Source: an uncultured Gammaproteobacteria bacterium
GTDB taxonomy: Bacteria > Patescibacteriota > Patescibacteriia > UBA1558 > GWA2-36-10
Assembly: GCA_964604515.1 (NCBI GenBank)
Contig: CAZRZA010000001.1
Coordinates: forward strand, 16,243 to 80,242
DNA: 64,000 bases
Direction: 5' to 3'
How positions within the stretch are numbered: position 1 is the stretch's first letter; each line of letters starts with the position of its first letter. Under the pieces are notes generated by a model. It was not told where the DNA came from, did no database searches, and worked only from the letters and a program-made list of their open reading frames with translations. The translations under genes and the position numbers were made by a program. Of the stretch, positions 39,867 to 48,682 are shown piece after piece.

Positions 39867-40618
39867 TCTCTTAAAATAATTAGAGCGCTCTTTAGTCCTG
39901 TATTAGTATAGGACTTTTCTATATCCCAATCTGCAATAGAATTTAATAAATTATCTGTAGTATAAATAAAGTTCTCGCCTCTTTTAGTACCCGGATCATT
40001 AGTAATAAACTTATTATCTAAATAACCCCTAATAACTAACATATGGTACTCTGGGCCACCATTATTAAAATAAGAATTATTTAATTCCTTGCCATTAGCC
40101 GGAACAATAAGAGGAAGTCCCCTGTCTAAATAATCTTTTATTTTAACTACATTTAAATTAGTAACAATCTCTGTTTTATAATTATAATACTCTTCTACAA
40201 ATTCTTTTAACTTAATAATTGGTAAATTGAAATGACCTCCCCAATTTTCTTCTTGCCAAATTACCATTTCTTGAAAAATAAACTCTCTTTCTTCAAGAGA
40301 GGGTAGTTCTTTTTCTTGATAATAATAATCTACCATCAATACAGAGGCCTCCTCACAGGCATCTTGATATGGTTGCTCCCAATTAGCAGTTGGAGCTTGA
40401 GAAGTAAAAGGAATATTAAGATTAATTTCTTTTTTATTATCTTTTAATTCTTCCTCTATGACCAGAGTATCGTCTTTGTTAATATTTTTATTACTAGAAA
40501 AATCTTCATAGTCTAAAGAAGGTGGTAAAGAAATTTCTTCTCTAATAATATCTTTATCTAATAAAGTATAGGTGATTAGAATTATAATAAATAAAAGTAA
40601 TATTTTTTTCATAATCAT
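39863..40618 (-). CDS. secreted peptidase C39-like (YvpB-like) family protein
   Basis: Signal peptide; FTSQAPTANWEQPYQDACEEAS (Gln/Cys), EYHMLVIRGY (His), NDPG (Asp) match C39-like catalytic layout. Confidence 0.55.
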   Translation of the reverse strand: MIMKKILLLFIIILITYTLLDKDIIREEISLPPSLDYEDFSSNKNINKDDTLVIEEELKDNKKEINLNIPFTSQAPTANWEQPYQDACEEASVLMVDYYYQEKELPSLEEREFIFQEMVIWQEENWGGHFNLPIIKLKEFVEEYYNYKTEIVTNLNVVKIKDYLDRGLPLIVPANGKELNNSYFNNGGPEYHMLVIRGYLDNKFITNDPGTKRGENFIYTTDNLLNSIADWDIEKSYTNTGLKSALIILRD

Positions 40619-40620
40619 AT

Positions 40621-40661
40621 TAAAAAAATAAGGGGTCGATTAAACATGAAAATCAACCCCC
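40621..40661 (-). terminator. rho-independent terminator/attenuator 12 nt upstream of the C39-like peptidase start codon
   Basis: Minus strand GGGGGUUGAUUUUCAUGUUUAAUCGACCCC followed by UUAUUUUUUU. Confidence 0.6.
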
Positions 40662-40760
40662 AAGCGACGATAACCCACTCGCCTATTCCAATCATGCCAA
40701 CGATCCTTGTTCTAATTTTCCTCCCAGAACGTTAATCGTAATGATTAGAGTTTTTTAAAT
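40662..40760 (-). promoter_or_regulatory. GC-enriched structured leader of unknown identity (candidate riboswitch/attenuator aptamer)
   Basis: ~45% GC island in ~25% GC background: GGGAGGAAAAUUAGAACAAGGAUCGUUGGCAUGAUUGGAAUAGGCGAGUGGGUUAUCGUCGCUUGGGGG preceding terminator; AT-rich promoter-like tract just upstream (40741-40800). Confidence 0.3.
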
Positions 40761-40800
40761 GTTCTATATAATATATATACCATATACTATATTAATAATC

Positions 40801-40830
40801 AAATAAAAAAGGACCAATCAATTGGTCCTT
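40801..40830 (-). terminator. rho-independent terminator ending a ~365-nt transcript
   Basis: aaggaccaa-tcaa-ttggtcctt (9-bp stem) followed on minus strand by UUUUUUAUUU. Confidence 0.6.
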
Positions 40831-40863
40831 AGCAGTTTCTTTCTAATTAAGATTAAATCTTAA

Positions 40864-41022
40864 TTAGAGCGGATTAGTGTTCATTGAGCCTACAATTTTA
40901 TTTAAAACAATCAATACTGTTCTAAAAAGTTCAATGATTAAATGAGCTAAACCCGGAGCAAATACCTTAAACAACATAATTAAAAATATAATATTAAAAC
41001 ATCCAAATAATGATTTAAACAT
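40864..41022 (-). CDS. candidate 52-aa hydrophobic peptide within promoter/terminator-delimited transcript
   Basis: Own translation: MFKSLFGCFNIIFLIMLFKVFAPGLAHLIIELFRTVLIVLNKIVGSMNTNPL; weak SD; below track size cutoff. Confidence 0.3.
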   Translation of the reverse strand: MFKSLFGCFNIIFLIMLFKVFAPGLAHLIIELFRTVLIVLNKIVGSMNTNPL

Positions 41023-41179
41023 ATTTTTAAACTTAGTTTCAAAGCCTTAGAAAATATTAGGATTACGACTATATTCCTAAGACATTGATTGTCTAAGATA
41101 TTCTCTTCAGGCAGGTAAGATCAACACTTTAATCTCACTATACTGAAGAGAATAATGTTTTAAAGAACTGCTTAGTTAA

Positions 41180-41208
41180 TATATATCATTCAATGCTTTT
41201 TGTGTCAA
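41180..41208 (-). promoter_or_regulatory. strong sigma70-like promoter
   Basis: Minus strand TTGACA-17nt-TATATA; transcript 5' end (~41172) can pair with segment just before terminator. Confidence 0.5.
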
Positions 41209-41345
41209 TATTAAGCCTAAGAAAAGTTAAGCAAAAAATTATTTATTAATAATATTGAGCCCCCGCTTATTAATATTATTAACCAAAAAGAGACTAATTA
41301 TGTTAAAATTCTCAAATGCTTTTCTTAGGCAATTTAAACTTAATA

Positions 41346-41762
41346 CTATTTTATTATTTTGTCAAATTTAAACTCATAATATATTAATATACAAATACCA
41401 ATAAATATATAAGTATCACTTAAATTAAAAACTGTAAAATATGGTATGTCTATAAAGTCTATGACACCCTGATAATGAAAACGATCTATAATATTACTAA
41501 GAGCTCCTATTAATACTAAAGACCAGGGCCAAAGAAAAACACTCTTTTTTCTATAATATTTTAAACAAGTCAATAATAAAAATATTAATAAAATAAATAA
41601 TAAAGGATAAAGAATATAGAATGGTAATTCTAAAGAAAAAGAAATATTCTTATTCAAATGTAAACTAAAAAAGTTACCTAATGATAACTTTTTAATAAAA
41701 TAAACTTTAGTTAATCTATCTATTAAGAATAATAAAAAAAATATTAAGTAATGTTTTTTCAT
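41346..41762 (-). CDS. lspA: lipoprotein signal peptidase II
   Basis: IDRLTK, LIGALSNIIDR, GVIDFIDI, FNLSD motifs; 4 TM. Confidence 0.8.
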   Translation of the reverse strand: MKKHYLIFFLLFLIDRLTKVYFIKKLSLGNFFSLHLNKNISFSLELPFYILYPLLFILLIFLLLTCLKYYRKKSVFLWPWSLVLIGALSNIIDRFHYQGVIDFIDIPYFTVFNLSDTYIFIGICILIYYEFKFDKIIK

Positions 41763-42127
41763 TATAAAGATTTTTTCTTACAATCCATACAAGCTGTAGC
41801 AGAAGGAAAAGCTTTTAATCTTTTTTCGGCAATTGATGACTGACACTTCTCACAAAGACCATAATTACCTTTTTTAATTTTTTTCAAAGCTTTATTAACA
41901 TTATATAAAGAAACTTCCATTGTTTTCTCTAAAGAAAGGTTTTTCTCAAAAGCAGCTACCTCGGCTGCATTCTCATCATCCTTACTACCAAATTCTGGAA
42001 ACTTAGCATTATAATCATTTTCAGCAACCTGAACAGCATCAATATCTAATTCCTTTATTAATTCTTCGCGACGCTTAAGAAGGTCTTTTTCAATTTCTTT
42101 TGTAAATTTAACTGTTATTTTTTTCAT
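41762..42127 (-). CDS. DksA/TraR-family C4 zinc-finger protein
   Basis: C-terminal CEKCQSSI...ACMDC; coiled-coil N-terminus. Confidence 0.7.
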   Translation of the reverse strand: MKKITVKFTKEIEKDLLKRREELIKELDIDAVQVAENDYNAKFPEFGSKDDENAAEVAAFEKNLSLEKTMEVSLYNVNKALKKIKKGNYGLCEKCQSSIAEKRLKAFPSATACMDCKKKSL

Positions 42128-42181
42128 AATTCTTATCTTAAATACTAAGTTATTCTAGCAAATAAATAGGTAAAAATCAAG

Positions 42182-42242
42182 ACAAAAATAAAAGACGCAA
42201 CGTGCATCTCATTTTTTTAAATTATATAGATAGTTGCGTCTT
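42182..42242 (-). terminator. long-loop hairpin terminator
   Basis: 10-bp stem aagacgcaac/gttgcgtctt with ~31-nt loop, followed on minus strand by UUUAUUUUU; 55 nt upstream of dksA-like start. Confidence 0.5.
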
Positions 42243-42677
42243 AGTGACTGAAGAAAAACTATTTTTCAACTTAAGTAAGTTAAAGTTAATAAAATAATAT
42301 TTATTTTTCAATCATTAAATTGCTTACCCTGACTATAAGCTAATACACTCTACCGTTCATGGCATTGATCTCCATTCTTTTTGATGAAAATAAGCCTTTT
42401 TATTATTTTTATTTTTGTTTTCCTGAAAGACAGTCAGTTTATCTTTCTTTTTTTATATAAACAGTAAAATGCAAAGAGCTATATACTAATTTATTTAATA
42501 TACAATTCTTTTCTTTTTTAAGGTACCTCTTTATCAACATACTAAGTATATCACATATAAAGGTAAAAGTCAATAATATATTATAGCTAACTTTAGCTAA
42601 AATATAAATATATTTAAATATTAATTGACAATGTTGTCAAAAATAAGCCTAAGCTATCGACAAGTTATCCACAATAC

Positions 42678-43958
42678 TTAAAAACAAAGCTTCCAACCCT
42701 CACTAACATAGTCATTATAGTGAATTAAATTAATAGTCTCTAAATCATTATCTTCTAAGTACTCCCTTATTAAGGCACTGCTTATCTCTTTACTCTTTAT
42801 ATAGATTAAATTATTAATTTTATAATTAACTTCTCCTAAACAAGAATAAATAATGTCATTTATATTGGTACTACTTTTTATAATATCCTTAATCATACCC
42901 TCTTCATTACTTAAATAATAATATTGTTTTGATTTTAGTCCCCAGAAACCATCTATGCCCCAATATTCTGTTTCTAAATACATATTATTAATAATATTTT
43001 GATTTTCTTTTTGTCTTAATTCAGTATAAGCAGTGCCATCTGGTAAAATATTAGAAAATTCCTCTACTTCTATATTATCTATTAAGTTATTAACTATTAA
43101 CTTCCAATCTGAGGTAGAGATTAATAAATAATTATTATCTTTTTGTAATAATATTATATTTTCTAAAATATTATTTAAATTTAAACTATGATGAGGCAGG
43201 GAATCATATAAAGATATTAATAGATTATTTAAAATATTTTTATCTTTAGCTATATTTTTAATAATAGTTAGTAAATCAAAATTATTTAGTACCTTAATTG
43301 ATCCTAAGTCTATATTTTCTTCTTTATTATTTTTTTCTAAAAATAAGTTAATGCTCTTATTATTTAAATTAATAAAAACACCCTCTTTATTATCTAATAT
43401 AGGATTAACGAATACTATTAAGTCTTTTAAAAAATCCGGAATACTATTTTTCCAATAAATATTTATTCCATCTCTTTGATTATTAATTCTAAAGTCAGAT
43501 ATTAAATACTTAGGTAAAATATTTAATAACTCTTCTTCCTTAGTTATATAAAGAATATAATATTGTTCAACTTTAAAAAAATATTCAGGATTATTTTTAA
43601 TTAACCCTTCTAAATATTCTTTTTTTATTTTTTGAGAGAATTTAATTAAATAATTATCTTCTTCTTTTGTTTTAAACCAAATAATATCTTCTATTTCATT
43701 ATTAATTATACTTAAAATTTTATTCTTATGACTATTAGGTATACTGTCATCAAATATTTTAATATTGACCTTTTCTTTGTCTGTCCATTCATAATAAAAA
43801 GAAGTTTCTTTTGGTAAAAAGTCTCGAGCATTGATATCTGGTTCTAAAGAATAGAAATAAATTAAAAAGAAGATAAAAATAGCTAAAATAATTAAGTATA
43901 ATATTTTAAACCTATTATCTTCTTTTTTTCTTTTTATAAAATGTAAGAAATTTTGCAC
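42678..43958 (-). CDS. hypothetical membrane-anchored protein (426 aa)
   Basis: N-terminal TM then Asn/Ile-rich soluble domain. Confidence 0.5.
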   Translation of the reverse strand: MQNFLHFIKRKKEDNRFKILYLIILAIFIFFLIYFYSLEPDINARDFLPKETSFYYEWTDKEKVNIKIFDDSIPNSHKNKILSIINNEIEDIIWFKTKEEDNYLIKFSQKIKKEYLEGLIKNNPEYFFKVEQYYILYITKEEELLNILPKYLISDFRINNQRDGINIYWKNSIPDFLKDLIVFVNPILDNKEGVFINLNNKSINLFLEKNNKEENIDLGSIKVLNNFDLLTIIKNIAKDKNILNNLLISLYDSLPHHSLNLNNILENIILLQKDNNYLLISTSDWKLIVNNLIDNIEVEEFSNILPDGTAYTELRQKENQNIINNMYLETEYWGIDGFWGLKSKQYYYLSNEEGMIKDIIKSSTNINDIIYSCLGEVNYKINNLIYIKSKEISSALIREYLEDNDLETINLIHYNDYVSEGWKLCF

Positions 43959-43972
43959 TTTATTGTAAAAAA

Positions 43973-46120
43973 TTATTTATCTTCTTCTTTTGGTAATAAT
44001 TCTTTAATAGATAATTCTATTCTATTCTTTTCTTTATCAACTCCCATTACTTTTACTTTAACGATATCATTTTCTTTAATATAGTCTGTAACTTTTTCAA
44101 TTCTCTTATGAGCAATATTAGAAATATGAACCATACCATCTTTGCCTGGTAATAACTCAACAATAGCCCCTATTTCATTTCCTCTATTCTTGTCTGTAAT
44201 AATTTTTAAGACTTTACCTTCATAAATTTCACCAATTTCTATTTCTTTTACTATATTTTCAATCCATTCTCTAGCTTTCTTTGCTCCCTCGCCATCAGTA
44301 CTGGTAATCATTACTAAACCGTCTTGTTCAATATCAATATTAACATTACATTTTTCTATAATTTCATTTATTACTTTACCTCCCGGACCAATAATATCTC
44401 TAATCTTATCTTGGTCAATTCTCATACTATCAATACGAGGAGCATGAGCAGATAAATCACTACGAGGGCCTTCTATGGCCTTATTCATAACTTCCAATAT
44501 CTTTTCTCTACCTACCTTAGCTTTTATCAATGTTTCAGAAACAATATCGTAGCTAATACCACCTAATTTAATATCTAATTGTATAGCTGTAATACCTTCT
44601 TTAGTGCCAGCTACCTTAAAGTCCATATGACCTGCATGATCTTCTATTCCCTGAATATCTGTTAGTATTGCATATTTACTATTATCATCAGCAACAACTA
44701 ATCCCATAGCAACTCCAGCTACTGGAGTTTTAAGGGGAACACCTGCATCCATTAATGATAAAGAAGAGCCACAAATAGAAGCTTGTGAAGAGGAGCCATT
44801 TGATCCTAAGACCTCAGAAACAACTCTAATTGTATAAGGAAAGCTCTCATTATCTGGTAAAACAGGTAATAAAGCTTTCTCTGCTAAGGCACCATGTCCT
44901 ATATCACGACGACTAGGACCTCTTAAAGGCTTTACTTCTCCAACAGAGTATCCGGGAAAGTTATAATGATGCATATACTTCTTGGCTCCTGACTCTTCCA
45001 TGGTATCTAGAGTTAACTCGTCTCCTGGAGAACCTAAAGTAACCACAGACAATACTTGGGTTTCACCTCTACTAAACAAACCACTGCCATGAGTTCTTGG
45101 TAATAAACCAACCTCAGCAGATAAGCTTCTTATTTCATCTAAAGATCTATTATCTGGTCTATTACTTTTTTCTAAAACTAAAACTTTAAAAGATTTCTCT
45201 AAAGACTCATCTAAGATACTTAAACCAAAAGATCTCATGTCTTTAGAGACATCACTATCTTCTTTTAACATTTCATTTAGTTCTGTTTTGATTTTTTCTA
45301 TAGCTAATTTCATTTTAGACTTATCAGGATTAAAACAAGAGCTTAAGTCTTGAGAGTCTAAGAATTGATGTACTTTCTTGCTAATAATATTCTTTATTTC
45401 TTCTTTTTCCTCATCCTTAGCCGCTTCTTTTTTAGGAAGACCTACTTCTTTTATAATATTTTCAATAAAAGGAACTAATTTAGCTATTTCCTGTCCCGCA
45501 AATTTAATACCTTCAAATATATCAGCTTCAACTACTTCTTTAGCACCAGCTTCAATCATAATTACTTCTTTTTCAGATCCAGCAACAAATAATTCTAAAT
45601 CACTATTTACTTTATCTTCTACTTTAGGGTTTATAATAAATTTTCCATCCAAACGACCAACTTGAACACCAGCCAAAGGTCCGGCCCAAGGAATAGATGA
45701 GATACCTAAAGAAATAGAGGCCGCAATAATAGCTGGAAACCCTGGATCATTAATTCCATCATATGATAAAACAGTTAAAATAACTTGCACGTCATTTCTT
45801 TGAGTCTCTTTAAATAAAGGTCTAATAGATCTATCTATTAAACGAGCAGTAAGCATGGCTTCATCTGTTGCTCGACCCTCTCTTTTAATAAAACGAGATC
45901 CTTTTATTTTACCAGCAGCATATAACTTTTCTTCATAATCAACCATTAAAGGAAAATAATCAATCCCTTCACGAGGCTGACTAGAAGTTGTTGCTGTAGC
46001 TAAGACTACAGTTTCACCATAGGTAACAGTACAAGAACCATGAGCTTGTTGGGCTAATTTACCAACTTCTACTTCTAATTCTTGTCCAGCTACTTCTAAT
46101 TTAAATTGTTTAATAGACAT
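43973..46120 (-). CDS. pnp: polyribonucleotide nucleotidyltransferase
   Basis: Two RNase PH domains, KH (GPGGKVINEI), S1 C-terminus. Confidence 0.95.
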   Translation of the reverse strand: MSIKQFKLEVAGQELEVEVGKLAQQAHGSCTVTYGETVVLATATTSSQPREGIDYFPLMVDYEEKLYAAGKIKGSRFIKREGRATDEAMLTARLIDRSIRPLFKETQRNDVQVILTVLSYDGINDPGFPAIIAASISLGISSIPWAGPLAGVQVGRLDGKFIINPKVEDKVNSDLELFVAGSEKEVIMIEAGAKEVVEADIFEGIKFAGQEIAKLVPFIENIIKEVGLPKKEAAKDEEKEEIKNIISKKVHQFLDSQDLSSCFNPDKSKMKLAIEKIKTELNEMLKEDSDVSKDMRSFGLSILDESLEKSFKVLVLEKSNRPDNRSLDEIRSLSAEVGLLPRTHGSGLFSRGETQVLSVVTLGSPGDELTLDTMEESGAKKYMHHYNFPGYSVGEVKPLRGPSRRDIGHGALAEKALLPVLPDNESFPYTIRVVSEVLGSNGSSSQASICGSSLSLMDAGVPLKTPVAGVAMGLVVADDNSKYAILTDIQGIEDHAGHMDFKVAGTKEGITAIQLDIKLGGISYDIVSETLIKAKVGREKILEVMNKAIEGPRSDLSAHAPRIDSMRIDQDKIRDIIGPGGKVINEIIEKCNVNIDIEQDGLVMITSTDGEGAKKAREWIENIVKEIEIGEIYEGKVLKIITDKNRGNEIGAIVELLPGKDGMVHISNIAHKRIEKVTDYIKENDIVKVKVMGVDKEKNRIELSIKELLPKEEDK

Positions 46121-46221
46121 AAATAGTCCCTTTCACAATAATGAGAATTGATAGACAAACCCTAGACCATAATATATTTATTAGCCTAAACGTCTATTCA
46201 CCAAAAACTCATTATATTTAA

Positions 46222-46262
46222 TTATTATTTAAATAAACCCCTTCTAATAAAAGAAAGGGTTA
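46222..46262 (-). terminator. rpsO-pnp intergenic hairpin (attenuator/terminator)
   Basis: aaccccttc...gaaagggtt stem 6 nt after rpsO stop, followed on minus strand by U/A-rich tract. Confidence 0.45.
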
Positions 46263-46267
46263 GTGTT

Positions 46268-46612
46268 TTATTTATCTTCTTTTTTTTCTTCTATCTCTTC
46301 AACGTTTTTAATCAAATCCTCTTCTAAGTCTTTATCTGTTTTTTTGCTAATCTTTAGTTTTAATGTTTTAACTAGTTTAATAAATCTTTTCTCATCTTCT
46401 CTTTCTAAATAACGTAATAACTTATGTCTTAAAGAAACCTTAGCTAATAAACCACGACGAGAAGAATAATCTTTTTTATGCTCCCTTAAGTGATTAGTAA
46501 GCTCTTTAATTTCTTCAGTTAAGATAGCTATTTGAATCTCTGTAGAACCAGTGTCACCTTTATGAGTTCTATACTTTTTAATAATATTCTGTTTTTTTAT
46601 TCTGCTTAACAT
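46268..46612 (-). CDS. rpsO: 30S ribosomal protein S15 with ~25-aa Lys/Glu-rich C-terminal extension
   Basis: GDTGSTEIQIAILTEEI... S15 core; 114 aa vs usual ~89. Confidence 0.85.
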   Translation of the reverse strand: MLSRIKKQNIIKKYRTHKGDTGSTEIQIAILTEEIKELTNHLREHKKDYSSRRGLLAKVSLRHKLLRYLEREDEKRFIKLVKTLKLKISKKTDKDLEEDLIKNVEEIEEKKEDK

Positions 46613-46705
46613 ATTTTTTCCTTTCTCCTATTACCTAGTATATACTCCAGTTAAGCCCTGTCAGAATAAACCAAGATATAGGTTTCAATTAATTAATACC
46701 AAGCT

Positions 46706-46734
46706 ATATTAACATTTTAATACTATTTTGTCAA
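46706..46734 (-). promoter_or_regulatory. rpsO promoter
   Basis: Minus strand TTGACA-17nt-TAATAT; SD AGGAGAAAGG before ATG. Confidence 0.45.
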
Positions 46735-46743
46735 TGATTATAG

Positions 46744-47859
46744 CTATTTCTGTAAATTATATATATCTGTCACTTCTTGTGCTGTTAAAGCTTTGTTCCA
46801 AATTGATACCTGATCAATGCTAGCGTTAATATTTCTACCACCAGTACTATCTTCTCCGATATATAATTTACTAACACTAGCATAATCACCAATGGTCCCG
46901 CTTCTACTTGCGGTAACCGGTGTTCCTGCATTTTTATAAATACTTACGGTTGTGCCATCAAATGTTGCTACAATATGTGTCCACTCATCTGCTGTTACGA
47001 TAATACTCCCTGTATGAGCCCAAGTTCCACCAACATCCGCCCAAAGCCCTATATTTGTATTACTATTACTAGTACCAAGTGCCCAACCATAACCAGAATT
47101 TAAGTTTCCAACACTTACAACTGAAGACCAAAGACTTGCATGAGAACCATTATATTTAAACCATGTAGCTACTGAAAATACATCAAGCTCAAAAGGTGCG
47201 CTTGCTACTTCAACATGATCGTCACTACCATCAAAATCAATGGCTCCTCCAACCTGCCCCCTCACAATATCAGAGGAGGTCATAGAGCCAGAAGAGGTTC
47301 CATCATAAGCATTTCCAGAATAATCACAAACATCTTCTCCTCCCGAACAAGAATTAGAGGAGGGGTCTTCGTCCATTCTCATAGCTAATACTAAACCAGA
47401 AGAAGGTATATCATTATTATCATATAAATCACAAGGAGTAACTTCTATTAAATCATTGGTCTTAACTAAATAATATCCTGTGCCAGAGGTAGCTTCGCTA
47501 GTTATACTAGGGTCTATAGGTAGAGAAGGTAAATAATCACTAAGCTCTGTACCTATATTAACTTGATTAATACCCCCTAATACTTCCTGACAAGTTAAAA
47601 GATTAGTATTAGTAGTAATAGTAATCATATAAGGTATATAATTAGATAAAGAGGCTAAACTAGCTGGTAAGGCTCTATTATCTGCCGTATATCTATCTAT
47701 GGCTTCTTCTATATTATTAGCCTCTGTTAATCTTTGCGCATCTTTAGCCTTACCTAATCGTTTAGCTGGATTAATAGCTACAAAAATAGAAGCTGCCACC
47801 ACCCCTATAATAGCTATTACTATTATTAGCTCTATTAATGTAAAAGCTTTATTATTCAT
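46744..47859 (-). CDS. type IV prepilin-like protein with LamG/concanavalin-like C-terminal domain
   Basis: N-terminal class III signal KAFTLIELIIVIAIIGVVA (prepilin cleavage/methylation motif); C-terminal LamG-like (WFKYNG... QVSIWNKALTAQEV); start taken at second Met. Confidence 0.7.
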   Translation of the reverse strand: MNNKAFTLIELIIVIAIIGVVAASIFVAINPAKRLGKAKDAQRLTEANNIEEAIDRYTADNRALPASLASLSNYIPYMITITTNTNLLTCQEVLGGINQVNIGTELSDYLPSLPIDPSITSEATSGTGYYLVKTNDLIEVTPCDLYDNNDIPSSGLVLAMRMDEDPSSNSCSGGEDVCDYSGNAYDGTSSGSMTSSDIVRGQVGGAIDFDGSDDHVEVASAPFELDVFSVATWFKYNGSHASLWSSVVSVGNLNSGYGWALGTSNSNTNIGLWADVGGTWAHTGSIIVTADEWTHIVATFDGTTVSIYKNAGTPVTASRSGTIGDYASVSKLYIGEDSTGGRNINASIDQVSIWNKALTAQEVTDIYNLQK

Positions 47860-47896
47860 ATACATAAGTATACTATATATATGATATAATATAAAT

Positions 47897-48682
47897 ATGT
47901 CTTATAAACAATATTTAAAATTAAGAAAATTAAAACCAAATACAATTAAAATATATCTTTGGCATTTAAATATGTTTTTATTGTATTTTGATAAACAGAA
48001 GTTAAATACTATAAACCTTAACAAATACTATAGATATATATTAAATAATTATAAAAAAATAGCTACTATTAATATTCATTTAAGTATTATTAATAATTAT
48101 TTAAAGTATAAAAATATTAAATATCATTTTAATCTATTAAGTTCTGAAGAAAGAGATATTAGAGTATTAAATGATAAACAATTAAGAGAGTTTTTAGAAA
48201 AACCATTGCAAAGAAAAGGAATATTATCCTTAAGAGATAAAGTATTATTAGAATTATTATATTCTACAGGATTAAAAGTAAAAATAATTAGTAAATTAAA
48301 AAAGAATCATTTAGACTATATAAAGAATGAAATAATAATAAATAAAAAAATAATACCCCTAACAGCAACCGCCTGGTATTATTTAGAAAAATATTTAGAG
48401 TTAAGAAAAGATGATAATCCCTATATATTCATTAGTTTAGATAAAGCACAGAATTCTCAAAAAAGACTTAATAAAATAAAACCTCTCTCTATTAGATCTA
48501 TAGAAAGAATTCTAGAAAAATATTCTAAAAAATTCAATCCTATTTTAAGAATAACAACTCAAATATTAAGAGATACTTTAGCTTATAATATAAAAAATAA
48601 AGGGGGAGGTAAAAGAATAATAAAAAAAGCTTTGCACTTTCAAACAAAACTAGGAGCTGAAAGATATTTTCAAAAACTATAA
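47897..48682 (+). CDS. tyrosine recombinase XerC/D-like (phage-integrase family), possibly catalytically degenerate
   Basis: RDKVLLELLYSTGLKV box-I-like motif; box II region reads QILRDTLAYN and tail ALHFQTKLGAERYFQ with expected H-x-x-R His replaced. Confidence 0.65.
   Translation: MSYKQYLKLRKLKPNTIKIYLWHLNMFLLYFDKQKLNTINLNKYYRYILNNYKKIATINIHLSIINNYLKYKNIKYHFNLLSSEERDIRVLNDKQLREFLEKPLQRKGILSLRDKVLLELLYSTGLKVKIISKLKKNHLDYIKNEIIINKKIIPLTATAWYYLEKYLELRKDDNPYIFISLDKAQNSQKRLNKIKPLSIRSIERILEKYSKKFNPILRITTQILRDTLAYNIKNKGGGKRIIKKALHFQTKLGAERYFQKL

Noticed and set aside
40630-40760. GC-rich element considered as tmRNA, RNase P RNA, SRP RNA or tRNA-like
   Set aside because: No tRNA-like 3' end with CCA, no GGUUCGA T-loop, and no RNase P P4 strands (AGGAAAGUCC / ACAGAAnCCGGCUUA). 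No SRP domain IV GGAAG...AGCAGCC motif on either strand. Retained only as an unclassified leader.
42440-42545. 33-codon basic ORF (MLIKRYLKKEKNCILNKLVYSSLHFTVYIKKER) in the 550-nt gap
   Set aside because: No SD, low-complexity AT-driven composition, no conservation evidence available.
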